Assembly (NCBI GenBank): GCA_048940925.1
Contig: JBHLOC010000018.1
Span: 36,310-68,309 of the forward strand
Reading direction: 5' to 3'
Length of the DNA: 32,000 nt
Source of the DNA: Promethearchaeota archaeon
Lineage (GTDB): Archaea; Asgardarchaeota; Lokiarchaeia; Sigyniarchaeales; SOKP01
Shown here: piece by piece, positions 15,858 through 24,359 of the stretch
How positions within the stretch are numbered: position 1 is the first letter of the stretch
Layout of the letters: the number at the start of each line of letters is the position of its first letter
Notes under the pieces: model-generated
The model's input: only the letters and a program-made list of their open reading frames with translations
Databases searched by the model: none
What the model was told of the DNA's origin: nothing
Translations under genes and position numbers: made by a program

Positions 15858-16373
15858 TTGTCCAAACCAATGATTATAAAGTGTATTACAGCAGGAGATG
15901 GTGGTGTGGGTAAAACAACACTCCTTTATCGATATGTGGAGGGAAGATTTTTAGCAGACACACGTATGACCTTAGGTGTAGAGTTTTTCATAAAAGAAGT
16001 AGATGTTGGAAGGAAAAAGATAAATTTACAGGTGTGGGATTTTGGAGGTCAGGAGCATTTTCGACCATTATTAAAAAATTATGCATTGGGGGCAAGGGGA
16101 GCATTATTACTTTTTGATCTTACTAGACCATCAAGCTTAGACAAAATTGACCAATGGGTTAATATCTGTAGAGAAGATAACCCCAATATACCTATTATTT
16201 TTTTGGGTACAAAACTAGATTTAACTGATTTAATATCTGTTGATGACAGTTATGCATTGAGATTTAAAACTAAGTATAATTTTCTTGATTATTTAAAAAT
16301 CTCCTCGAAAACTGGTGAAAATGTGAATTTAGCATTTAAGATGTTAGCAAAAGAAATCATAAGGAATTTATAA
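15858..16373 (+). CDS. Ras-superfamily small GTPase (Rab-like), paralog of 14739..15260
   Basis: 171 aa. GDGGVGKT, MTLGVEF, WDFGGQEHF, GTKLD, SSKTGENV. GGAGG lies upstream. Start is TTG 15858 or ATG 15870. Confidence 0.85.
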   Translation: MSKPMIIKCITAGDGGVGKTTLLYRYVEGRFLADTRMTLGVEFFIKEVDVGRKKINLQVWDFGGQEHFRPLLKNYALGARGALLLFDLTRPSSLDKIDQWVNICREDNPNIPIIFLGTKLDLTDLISVDDSYALRFKTKYNFLDYLKISSKTGENVNLAFKMLAKEIIRNL

Positions 16374-16389
16374 GATTGTACTCTTAATA

Positions 16390-17589
16390 TTAAATCCTGT
16401 TCATCAGAATATTTGTAATAGCTTTTTTATTTAAATTAACAGGATTATTCTTTAATCCAGTCTTTTCTAAAATTTTATTAATATCATCTTCTTTTATGCC
16501 ATATTTAGCTAGCTTATCAATTTTTAAATCTTCTGTCCATTTTTCAAGAGTTTTTATTAATATTGTAGTATAGTGGTCTATTTCATCGTTGTCTATCTCT
16601 TCTTTACCTATTAATAAAGCACCAATTTTAGCATGTTTTCTCAACCCTACTTTACCTGATGGTCCAGATTCCAGCAAAATTTTAATATTCATCTTAGTAG
16701 CTTCAGCTAGAAGTGTACCACATATTACACCATGAGGAACATCAAAAAATCCTCCAATTGAAGAAGCTAATCCATGAACTATTCCTAAACCTGCATTTGC
16801 TAATGAAATTCCGGACATAAGTGAGCCATATGCCATTGCTGCTCGAACATTGATATTTGATGCTCCAGTTGAACACGCTAAGATTAAATTTTCACTCATA
16901 TATTTCATCCCACTTAAAGCTAAAGCATCAGTTATAGGATTAGCTTTTGGAGAGACATAAGCTTCAAGTAATTGTGTAAAGGCATCCATTCCACACGCGG
17001 CAGAAATAGCTGGTGGACAAGAAATCATTAACTCAGGATCGATTATTGCTACATTTGGTATTAAATTATCGTGACGAAGGGATTTCTTAAACCCATTTGG
17101 ACCTATCTCACTAATAACTGCATTTTTAGTAGCTTCACTTCCTGTACCTGATGTAGTTGGAATCGCTATATATGGAATTTTCTGACCATCATGAACTTTG
17201 TCGCCTACTCCTTCTAAGTAATTCTTAATTGAATCTCTTTTTGGAATCATTGCGGAAATTGCTTTACCTGCATCTGTAACACTTCCTCCTCCTATACCAA
17301 CGACTAAATCAGGTTTATTATCTCTATATTGTCTTGCTACGTTATCAACTATATTAGGAGAAGGTTCACCCGAAATTGAAACAACTGAATAGTTGTATGA
17401 TGCATTTTCTAATTTGTTTATTATCTCATCCCACTTTCCAGATCTTTTAAGTGATTTTTCACCTATTACAAACAACATATTCTTTCCATACATAGGCAAT
17501 ATATCAAAAAGTTGAGTTAATTTACCAGAACCAAAAATTATATGAGGGATACTAGCAAAATTAAAAGAAAAAACCATGTTATTCATCAT
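16390..17589 (-). CDS. iron-containing (group III) alcohol dehydrogenase
   Basis: 399 aa. GGGSVTDAGK nucleotide-binding motif, PTTSGTGSE, and the His-rich metal-site region GIVHGLAS...PHGV. Confidence 0.85.
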   Translation of the reverse strand: MMNNMVFSFNFASIPHIIFGSGKLTQLFDILPMYGKNMLFVIGEKSLKRSGKWDEIINKLENASYNYSVVSISGEPSPNIVDNVARQYRDNKPDLVVGIGGGSVTDAGKAISAMIPKRDSIKNYLEGVGDKVHDGQKIPYIAIPTTSGTGSEATKNAVISEIGPNGFKKSLRHDNLIPNVAIIDPELMISCPPAISAACGMDAFTQLLEAYVSPKANPITDALALSGMKYMSENLILACSTGASNINVRAAMAYGSLMSGISLANAGLGIVHGLASSIGGFFDVPHGVICGTLLAEATKMNIKILLESGPSGKVGLRKHAKIGALLIGKEEIDNDEIDHYTTILIKTLEKWTEDLKIDKLAKYGIKEDDINKILEKTGLKNNPVNLNKKAITNILMNRI

Positions 17590-17744
17590 ATTTGATTTTA
17601 CTTTTACCTTAATTATAATATTTTCAAACTAAAATAAAATTTTAATGCATGTAACATTAAATCATTAATATTGCTATAATAAGATTTTTAACTTAGCTTA
17701 GATAATTTGTTTTATAATACGAGATGAAGGAATACTGATTTAAA

Positions 17745-18083
17745 ATGAAAAAAGTCAATGAAAATGAATTTGAATACAGAAAAGGAGAAAGTGGCGTAAA
17801 ATATTTAATGCGAGGACCAAGTATAGATTGGGGATTAATATTACTGAAACCAGGTGAAATGATGGGTGATAAAGCCCATGGACATAATTTCATTGATGAA
17901 ACATTCTATTTTGTAGAGGGTAATGGTGTTATGATTGTTAATGATAAAGAATTTCCAGCACCTCAAGGTAGTGTATTTCTTTGTGAACCCAAAGAAATGC
18001 ATAATATCAGGAATGATTCTGATAAATCCATCAAAATTGTATTTATTAAGGGAGAATACAAGCCGGATGATAAGATTGAATAA
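17745..18083 (+). CDS. cupin domain protein
   Basis: 112 aa. Cupin motifs GDKAHGHNFIDETFYFVEG and FLCEPKEMHNIRN. Confidence 0.6.
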   Translation: MKKVNENEFEYRKGESGVKYLMRGPSIDWGLILLKPGEMMGDKAHGHNFIDETFYFVEGNGVMIVNDKEFPAPQGSVFLCEPKEMHNIRNDSDKSIKIVFIKGEYKPDDKIE

Positions 18084-18104
18084 TAAATTTTAGATAAAAA
18101 ATAA

Positions 18105-18494
18105 TTGAGAGATAATATGGCTAAAAAAAAAGGAAAAAAAGGAAAGAAAGGAAGATCATCTGATCAACCAGTAATTACTAGGGTTAAATTCCCGAATAAA
18201 GAACTGGGAGAAATGTTCGCAATTGTGATTGATATTTTAGGAGGAGATAGGATGCGAGTATTCTGTGAGGATGGTAAACACCGAATAGGAAGAATTCGTG
18301 GTAAAATAAAGAAGAGGGTATGGATAAGGCGCGGAGATCTGACGATAGTGAATCCATGGGACTGGGAAACTGAAACTAAAGATGGATTAGGGAAATGCGA
18401 GATCACATGGAGATATACACGCGCTGAAATCTCATGGCTTGAGCGTAAAAATAGAATTCCAGATATATTAGATATAAATAATATCCCTTTTTAA
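18105..18494 (+). CDS. eif1a: translation initiation factor aIF1A (eIF1A, S1/OB fold)
   Basis: 129 aa. Basic N-terminus, then GEMFAIVIDILGGDRMRVFCEDGKHRIGRIRGKIKKRVWIRRGDLTIVNPWDW, typical of aIF1A. The in-frame ATG at 18117 is the more likely start. Confidence 0.85.
   Translation: MRDNMAKKKGKKGKKGRSSDQPVITRVKFPNKELGEMFAIVIDILGGDRMRVFCEDGKHRIGRIRGKIKKRVWIRRGDLTIVNPWDWETETKDGLGKCEITWRYTRAEISWLERKNRIPDILDINNIPF
18437..18494 (+). repeat. direct repeat copy 1 (last 58 nt of aIF1A including its stop)
   Basis: GCTTGAGCGTAAAAATAGAATTCCAGATATATTAGATATAAATAATATCCCTTTTTAA recurs at 18983-19040 with 4 mismatches. Both copies are followed within 5-10 nt by ATAATAGGC. Confidence 0.8.
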
Positions 18495-18618
18495 TTCAGA
18501 TAATAGGCGAAGTTTTCTCACAGATATAACAAGATTTAAATTGAACTATCTATCACTATAATGTAAATCATAATAACTCATCTAAATTTTACAAATTTTG
18601 GATTGAAAAAGTGTCAAT

Positions 18619-18900
18619 ATGCGTGATAAAAGGAAAATTATAATAAAAGATCCTAAATTATGGAATCTTTGAAATTCATTAAGAGGAATTATTTTTTTAG
18701 CCTATCAAAAAGAGCTTGAAGAGACTGAGGAGGATAGGCTCAATTGGTCACGTAGGAGATCATTAAGAAAATCAATTTGCTTATGCCAAATATGTGGGCA
18801 GATTGATAAAGATATGATCTATATTTCAAATTTAGACTAATGGCTTTGTATTGATTGTCAATCTCTCAGAGAGAAAGCAGATTCTCAAAGAGTCGAATAA
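18619..18900 (+). pseudogene. decayed small zinc-ribbon gene with two in-frame stops
   Basis: A single frame reads MRDKRKIIIKDPKLWNL*NSLRGIIFLAYQKELEETEEDRLNWSRRRSLRKSICLCQICGQIDKDMIYISNLD*WLCIDCQSLREKADSQRVE*. TGA is at 18670 and TAA at 18838. The CxxC-x17-CxxC ribbon spans the second stop. Confidence 0.45.
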
Positions 18901-18982
18901 AGCTTAAAAGAATAATATATCTAGGGGAATTAATAATTCCTTAAAATTCATTTTATTTAAAATAATTAAAAGTTTAATAGTA

Positions 18983-19040
18983 GCTTGAGCGTAAAAATAG
19001 AATTCCAGAGATATTAGATATTAATAATATCCCATTTTAT
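18983..19040 (+). repeat. direct repeat copy 2 (non-coding duplicate of the aIF1A 3' end)
   Basis: 54 of 58 positions are identical to 18437-18494, and the stop TAA is changed to TAT. Confidence 0.8.
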
Positions 19041-19212
19041 CACATTAAATATAATAGGCTCTCTACTCTAGTATTTAAACCTTTTTAACACAATTGACAT
19101 TTAGAATCACAAAAAAGCAAAATTTTATAACGTAGTAATACCTAGTAAGCTTATACTTATTTTTCTTTTTATATTTTTAAAACCCAAATTCAAATGAGAT
19201 TCGTGATAAAAC

Positions 19213-19965
19213 TTGTCTGAAAAAGAAGAAAATTTAAATGAAGGTGAAGAATTTTCGATTGATGAGAGCTCTTTATCGGAATCTGAAGAAGAAAAAGGAG
19301 AATTAACAACTCTTTTTGCTGTAAGAACAACAATTAATCAAGAGAGTAATATTCTCAAACAAATTTTTTATCGTTTCCGTATATTAGACACTATACCTGA
19401 TATCCGCGCTATGCTTGTTTCTCCTCTTCTACCGGGCTATATATTTTTCGAAGCTCCCACTAAGAGAGAGGTTCAAATCGCTGTACAAGGAATACCTCAT
19501 ATCAAAGGAAGAATTGTCCAAAATATCGAATTAAGTGAATTGAAACATGTTTTACTCCCAAGAAGTGTCACTGAATATTTAGAAGAAGGAGACACGGTTG
19601 AAATTATTAGTGGTGTGTTTGAAGGTGCAAGAGCTATCGTCATGCGGATGCCTCATGATACATCAAGCAGTGAGGAAGTTGTTGTTCGATTGCTACAAGA
19701 AGAAACTCCTATAACAATTAAAATTCATGGAGATTTTTTAAAGCTAGTTGAAAAGAAGAAACCTGTCGCTGAGATTGTCCCTGAAATTAAAGTTTCAGGA
19801 GGTACTGTCACAGATATAGAAAAAGCAATATCTTTTGAAGATGAATTTGAAGAGTTTGAAGAGGAATATCCAGAAAGTTTGAGAAGTGAAGAAACTGAAG
19901 AATACTCTGATGAAGAAGAGGAACTCGAAGAAGAAGATGAATGGGCTAAATTTGATGGTTTCTAA
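19213..19965 (+). CDS. spt5: transcription elongation factor Spt5 (NusG family; NGN + KOW) with acidic N- and C-terminal extensions
   Basis: 250 aa. NGN-like LFAVRTTINQE...PGYIFFEA...IPHIKG. KOW GDTVEIISGVFEGARAIVMRM. Acidic N-terminus (about 30 aa, S/E-rich) and acidic C-terminus (about 50 aa). TTG start. Confidence 0.8.
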   Translation: MSEKEENLNEGEEFSIDESSLSESEEEKGELTTLFAVRTTINQESNILKQIFYRFRILDTIPDIRAMLVSPLLPGYIFFEAPTKREVQIAVQGIPHIKGRIVQNIELSELKHVLLPRSVTEYLEEGDTVEIISGVFEGARAIVMRMPHDTSSSEEVVVRLLQEETPITIKIHGDFLKLVEKKKPVAEIVPEIKVSGGTVTDIEKAISFEDEFEEFEEEYPESLRSEETEEYSDEEEELEEEDEWAKFDGF

Positions 19966-20183
19966 CTCAAATTTATTTACATTCAATTTTTTTATTTCAA
20001 TAATAGGGATAAATTGCATTAATTAAACAAATCTTTTGTTCTCATATGAAATAGAATGGAAATATTGCTATTCGTTGCATTAACCTTATGAATCTAATAA
20101 ATAAGAGGATTTTTATATTTGAACTTTTTTTAAAGAAATAATAAAAATTTGAAATTTAGAGTAAAAATCATCTATTGAGTTAA

Positions 20184-20933
20184 ATGATTAAAAATATCTT
20201 CATCATGAAATCCACAGGGGAGTTAATTTTTTATAAAACCTATGAAGATATTTTTAATGTAAAACTTACAAGTAGTTTTTTAAGTGCGATCTTCTCATTT
20301 GTAAAACAAACATTAAAAACTGAAGAATTATCTGAAATTGAAGTAGGGCTCTTTAGGTTTATATTTGAAATTGAGAAAATGGGGAATGATGAATTACTAT
20401 TTGCATTATTTAGTGATCGAACTGAAAATTTAATCGAGTTAAGAAAACAATTACGAGAAGTAAAAAATCAATTTTTAAATAGATTTGATGTTAACTTATT
20501 AACTGATCATTATGATGGCGAGATTTCAAAATTTCTCGATTTTGAAAATAATATTAATGACATCATGGAAAGTAGTAAGCCATTGATCTCAAAAGAAATC
20601 CATGGAGATTTAATAAATATTTTTAATGAGCTGCATACATTCTCTTCTTTCGTCGTATCTTCAGCATTATTAACTCAGACAGGAAGAGTAATAGTTTCCT
20701 ATTTAGAACATAATGTTCTTACAGAAATCATACGACTTCTAGAGGGTAGATTTCTGGCAGGAAATTATAAAGTTAATGAGCTAATATCATTAGAAAAATT
20801 TGGCGTGCTTTCATTGGTAGGAATCAATGATAGTTATATATCAGTAATTCAATTTAAAAAAAATTGCCCTTTTGAGACAGGGTTAGTCATTTCAAAAAGA
20901 TTCTCAAATAGACTGCAAAAACTTATTTGTTAA
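20184..20933 (+). CDS. hypothetical protein, possible longin-like N-domain plus Roadblock/LC7-like C-domain
   Basis: 249 aa. The N-terminus IFIMKSTGELIFYKTY....LTSSFLSAIFSFVKQ resembles longin/SNARE-like folds. The C-terminus VVSSALLTQTGRVIVSYLE...VLSLVGINDSYISVIQF resembles Roadblock. Pattern level only. Confidence 0.35.
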   Translation: MIKNIFIMKSTGELIFYKTYEDIFNVKLTSSFLSAIFSFVKQTLKTEELSEIEVGLFRFIFEIEKMGNDELLFALFSDRTENLIELRKQLREVKNQFLNRFDVNLLTDHYDGEISKFLDFENNINDIMESSKPLISKEIHGDLINIFNELHTFSSFVVSSALLTQTGRVIVSYLEHNVLTEIIRLLEGRFLAGNYKVNELISLEKFGVLSLVGINDSYISVIQFKKNCPFETGLVISKRFSNRLQKLIC

Positions 20934-21124
20934 ATTTTTTGAGATAAATTGACCGAAATATAGTAATTATTATCTATTTCATAAAAAATTTTAAAAAAAC
21001 AATAAGCCAATATGTAATATCGTTAATTTGATTTCCAAAAATTAAAAAGTCATTTTACATTTTACACTAGTGTAATTACTTATCTAATAAACATAAAATA
21101 AATAAGAATTAGGGGTAAAAATAA

Positions 21125-22408
21125 ATGTCAAGATTTGTTGATCAGGTTATCAATGATGAGATTTTAGATAAACTAAGCCTAAAGAATCGATATTCCTTTT
21201 TAAATAATAATCTAATGGCAATTTTAACTGCAGACCAATTTAATTTCCTGAAAAGAGTTCAAAAGTTTTGTATGAGATTTGAAAAGAAAAATGGGATCAC
21301 TCACGGTCCAAATGAAGATATATACGAATGGATACCAACTTTTGGAGCTGAGGGTTATATTACAAGAGCACATAATTTTGAAATGATTGATGTCAATTAT
21401 GAATACTATGGGGCTGTGCCTGATTTTCTGCGCTATTTAGCCATTGATATGTTTGATACTCAATTCGCAATGGGAAGTGGTGCTACAGTATTAGCAATTA
21501 ATCCTATTTATGAGCACCATGAAAATATTCCTGAGAGGCTAGATGCGATAAAAGATCTTGTGACAGGCAAAGGATCAGGCTGCATATGTATCACGGAACC
21601 TGAAAGAGGTTCTGATGCAGTCCACCAATTAAGCACTTGTGACGAGCAGGAAGATGGCAGCTTTTTACTCAATGGTGAAAAGGTTTTTAATACTAATGCC
21701 CCAAAAGCAAAATGGGCTGTTGCTTATGCTACTGCAGAAAAGAACAATGGAAATTTAATGGCACAGTTCTTGATCAATACAAACTGGGAAGGGTGGAAGT
21801 GTGAAAGAGTGAACATTCCCTGGGTTCCAAAACTATATTTAGGTCATGAATGGTTTGAAAATCTTAGAGTTCCAAAAGAATATATCTTAGGACCTGTCGG
21901 TAAAGGAAGAGAACATCTCTTTGAAGGCTTAGTCCCTGAGCGAATTGGTATTGCATGTGGAGCCATTTCTCAATGTTGGGGAGCAATATCTCACGCTGCA
22001 ATTTATGCTAATTTAAGAAAACAATTTGATCAAGAAATCCTTAAATTTCAAGGGGTTGGATTTCTTTTAACAGATTTATGGGCAAAAACTACGAATTTAA
22101 CCCTGGGACTATTAAAATTCTGTGAAGCTTACGACGATAAGATGGAAAAATTCGAAGGAAAAATACCTGGAAATATTTCACGAGCAATGGTTGCAAGTGC
22201 CTCTCAATTTAAGTATCATTGTACTAATCTTTCTAAACGAATCTGTTATGAAGCTGCCAATTTAATGGGTGGCGCAGGATTATCAGATAATACCATGATG
22301 CAAGATTATGTAAATATTTCCAGAATTCAAGAAATTGTAGGAGGAAGCAGACAAATTCAACAATACATTATGAGTATGGCACTCCGCCAACTATTTAAAA
22401 TGATATAA
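21125..22408 (+). CDS. acyl-CoA dehydrogenase family protein (paralog 1)
   Basis: 427 aa. ITEPERGSDAV (TEPxxGSD motif), NGEKVFNTNA, and a C-terminal GGSRQIQQYIM block equivalent to the ACAD EGTxEIQ region. Confidence 0.8.
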   Translation: MSRFVDQVINDEILDKLSLKNRYSFLNNNLMAILTADQFNFLKRVQKFCMRFEKKNGITHGPNEDIYEWIPTFGAEGYITRAHNFEMIDVNYEYYGAVPDFLRYLAIDMFDTQFAMGSGATVLAINPIYEHHENIPERLDAIKDLVTGKGSGCICITEPERGSDAVHQLSTCDEQEDGSFLLNGEKVFNTNAPKAKWAVAYATAEKNNGNLMAQFLINTNWEGWKCERVNIPWVPKLYLGHEWFENLRVPKEYILGPVGKGREHLFEGLVPERIGIACGAISQCWGAISHAAIYANLRKQFDQEILKFQGVGFLLTDLWAKTTNLTLGLLKFCEAYDDKMEKFEGKIPGNISRAMVASASQFKYHCTNLSKRICYEAANLMGGAGLSDNTMMQDYVNISRIQEIVGGSRQIQQYIMSMALRQLFKMI

Positions 22409-22722
22409 ACTCTTTTTTTTTTTATTAGATATTTCTTTTTACTTATTCTATATTAATAATTCCTAACTAACTAATCTCAGAAGAGAGAAACATGGAAGAA
22501 TTACTTAATATTGCGAAAAATGCCTTTCCACCAGTATCAGGAAGGACTTGAAAAACATTATAAACAGTTTTTTATCCAATTTTATTCATACCTTCTTTTG
22601 ATCAAATCAATTTAATTTAACGTATAATTTTAAAATTAGAATTTCTTTTTGAAGATATTGTTTTATTATTGAAAAATTGATATAAATTATATCATAATTA
22701 AAAATTATGAGAGTTAAGTACT

Positions 22723-24015
22723 ATGAGTGAAAATAAGCGATATAAAACTCAGGTTATTAATGATGAGATCCTTGAAAAATTAAGTCTTGAACACCGTTAT
22801 AATTTTGTAAAAGATAATCTAAGAGTAATTTTAACTGAGGCTCAATTTAATTTTCTTACAAAAGTTCAGGATTTCTGCTTAAACTATGAATCTAAAAATA
22901 AAATAACCCATGGTCCTAATGAGGACGTTTATGAGTGGTATGCTGATTTTGGAAAAGAGGGTTATATCACCCGACAAACGCCATATGAATGCATAGACTT
23001 GAATTATGAAGAATACGGAATGGCTTTTGAATTTATGAGAATTCTCGCTCTTGATAACTTCGATCCTCAATTTGCAATGGGTTCGGGAGCAACTGTTATT
23101 TGTCTTAACCCGATTTATGCCCACCATGAAAACATTCCCGAAAGACTAGAAGCTTTGAAAGAGCTTGTCACGGGTCAAGCAGTGGGGTGCTTGTTAATGA
23201 CTGAACCAGAAAGAGGATCTGATGCAGTTCATCAATTAACGACTTGTGATGAACAGGAAGACGGGAGCTTTTTGCTTAACGGAACCAAGATTTTTAATAC
23301 CAATGCGCCCAAATCAAAATGGGCTGTTGCATATGCCACAGCAGAAGAAAATCAAGGTAATTTAATGGGACAGTTTTTAATTAATACTTCTTGGGAGGGG
23401 TGGAACTGTGAACGTGTAGGAATACCCTGGGTGCCAAAACTGTTTATAGGAAAGGAACTCCTTGAGAATCTGAGAGTACCAAAAGAGTACGTCTTGGGAG
23501 GAATTGGTAAAGGAAGAGAGCATCTTTTTGAAGGGTTGATTCCCGAGAGAATAGCTATCGCAGTGAGGTGTATAAGTGCGTGTTGGGGCGCGTTAGCTCA
23601 TGCTGTTATTTATGCCAATATGAGAAAGCAATTCGATCAACAAATTTTGCTGTTTCAAGGAGTTGGTTTTTCATTAGCAGATTTATGGGCTAAAACAACA
23701 GCATTGACTCATGGAGTCCTAAAGTTCGCAGAAATTTACGATGAGAAACACGAAAAATATGGTGACAACTTACCAGATCCGATAGCTCAGTCAATGGTTA
23801 ACTCAGCAAGTCAATATAAATATATATGTGCCAATTTAGCTAAAGAAGTATGCTTTGAAGCGGCTAATTTAATGGGAGGAGCTGGTGTATGTGATAATAC
23901 TTTAATGCATGATTATATTAGTGTTTCACGGATCTTAGAAGTAGTAGGAGGTACAAAACAGATCCAGCAATTTATAATGAGCAGAGGCCTGAAAAGACTA
24001 TTTAAAACCCTTTAA
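22723..24015 (+). CDS. acyl-CoA dehydrogenase family protein (paralog 2)
   Basis: 430 aa, collinear with 21125..22408 and roughly two-thirds identical by eye. MTEPERGSDAV, NGTKIFNTNA, GGTKQIQQFIM. Confidence 0.8.
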   Translation: MSENKRYKTQVINDEILEKLSLEHRYNFVKDNLRVILTEAQFNFLTKVQDFCLNYESKNKITHGPNEDVYEWYADFGKEGYITRQTPYECIDLNYEEYGMAFEFMRILALDNFDPQFAMGSGATVICLNPIYAHHENIPERLEALKELVTGQAVGCLLMTEPERGSDAVHQLTTCDEQEDGSFLLNGTKIFNTNAPKSKWAVAYATAEENQGNLMGQFLINTSWEGWNCERVGIPWVPKLFIGKELLENLRVPKEYVLGGIGKGREHLFEGLIPERIAIAVRCISACWGALAHAVIYANMRKQFDQQILLFQGVGFSLADLWAKTTALTHGVLKFAEIYDEKHEKYGDNLPDPIAQSMVNSASQYKYICANLAKEVCFEAANLMGGAGVCDNTLMHDYISVSRILEVVGGTKQIQQFIMSRGLKRLFKTL

Positions 24016-24080
24016 ATTAATTTTTTTTCAAAGAAAGAAATAGAAAGAAAACAAAAGTTAATTTTTTTATTTATTATAGG

Positions 24081-24290
24081 TTATTCCTCTTCTTCTTCTT
24101 CCAATAGTTCTTCTATTTTATCTTCTAATTCTTCAATTTTATCGTCGATTTCAGCGATTTTATTATATGTTTCACATGTCTCGCACGCATCGGGTTCCTC
24201 GCATTTTGGGAGAGTATCACAAATTTCCTCTAATTTATCTCTCTCATCTAATAGTTTTTCAATTTCCTCTTCTAGTTTTTCAATACTCAT
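24081..24290 (-). CDS. small highly acidic coiled-coil protein with central 4-Cys cluster
   Basis: 69 aa. MSIEKLEEEIEKLLDERDKLEEICDTLPKCEEPDACETCETY...EEEEEE. Lies directly downstream of the permuted GTPase on the same strand. Confidence 0.4.
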   Translation of the reverse strand: MSIEKLEEEIEKLLDERDKLEEICDTLPKCEEPDACETCETYNKIAEIDDKIEELEDKIEELLEEEEEE

Positions 24291-24359
24291 ATTTCACACC
24301 TATTTTTGTTAAGGTAATTAAGAAGTGATAATTTAATTTTTTTTCTTTGCAAATTTTTT

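Noticed and set aside
17693-17893. 66-aa ORF on the - strand
   Set aside because: Overlaps the start of the cupin gene and its upstream region. It has no motif, so it is a shadow ORF.
18164-18406. 80-aa ORF on the - strand
   Set aside because: Antisense to the clearly conserved aIF1A coding sequence.
18619-18900. In-frame TGA/TAA as evidence for stop-codon reassignment or selenocysteine
   Set aside because: All other genes in the window terminate normally at TGA, TAA or TAG, and no SECIS-like element was evident. Two different stop codons in one short ORF inside a probable integration scar fits decay better.
18926-18940. Perfect palindrome GGAATTA-A-TAATTCC as a protein-binding or recombination site
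   Set aside because: Noted under the integration-scar finding. On its own it is a single short A/T-rich palindrome without a second copy in the window.
19795-20019. 74-aa ORF on the - strand
   Set aside because: Antisense to the GAA-rich acidic tail of Spt5. Its Phe-rich translation is an artefact of the TTC repeats.
22492-22551. 19-codon mini-ORF (MEELLNIAKNAFPPVSGRT) between the two ACAD paralogs
   Set aside because: Too short, with no motif or obvious ribosome-binding context. It is likely chance or a remnant of the duplication.
22879-23127. 82-aa ORF on the - strand
   Set aside because: Antisense to the conserved acyl-CoA dehydrogenase paralog 2.
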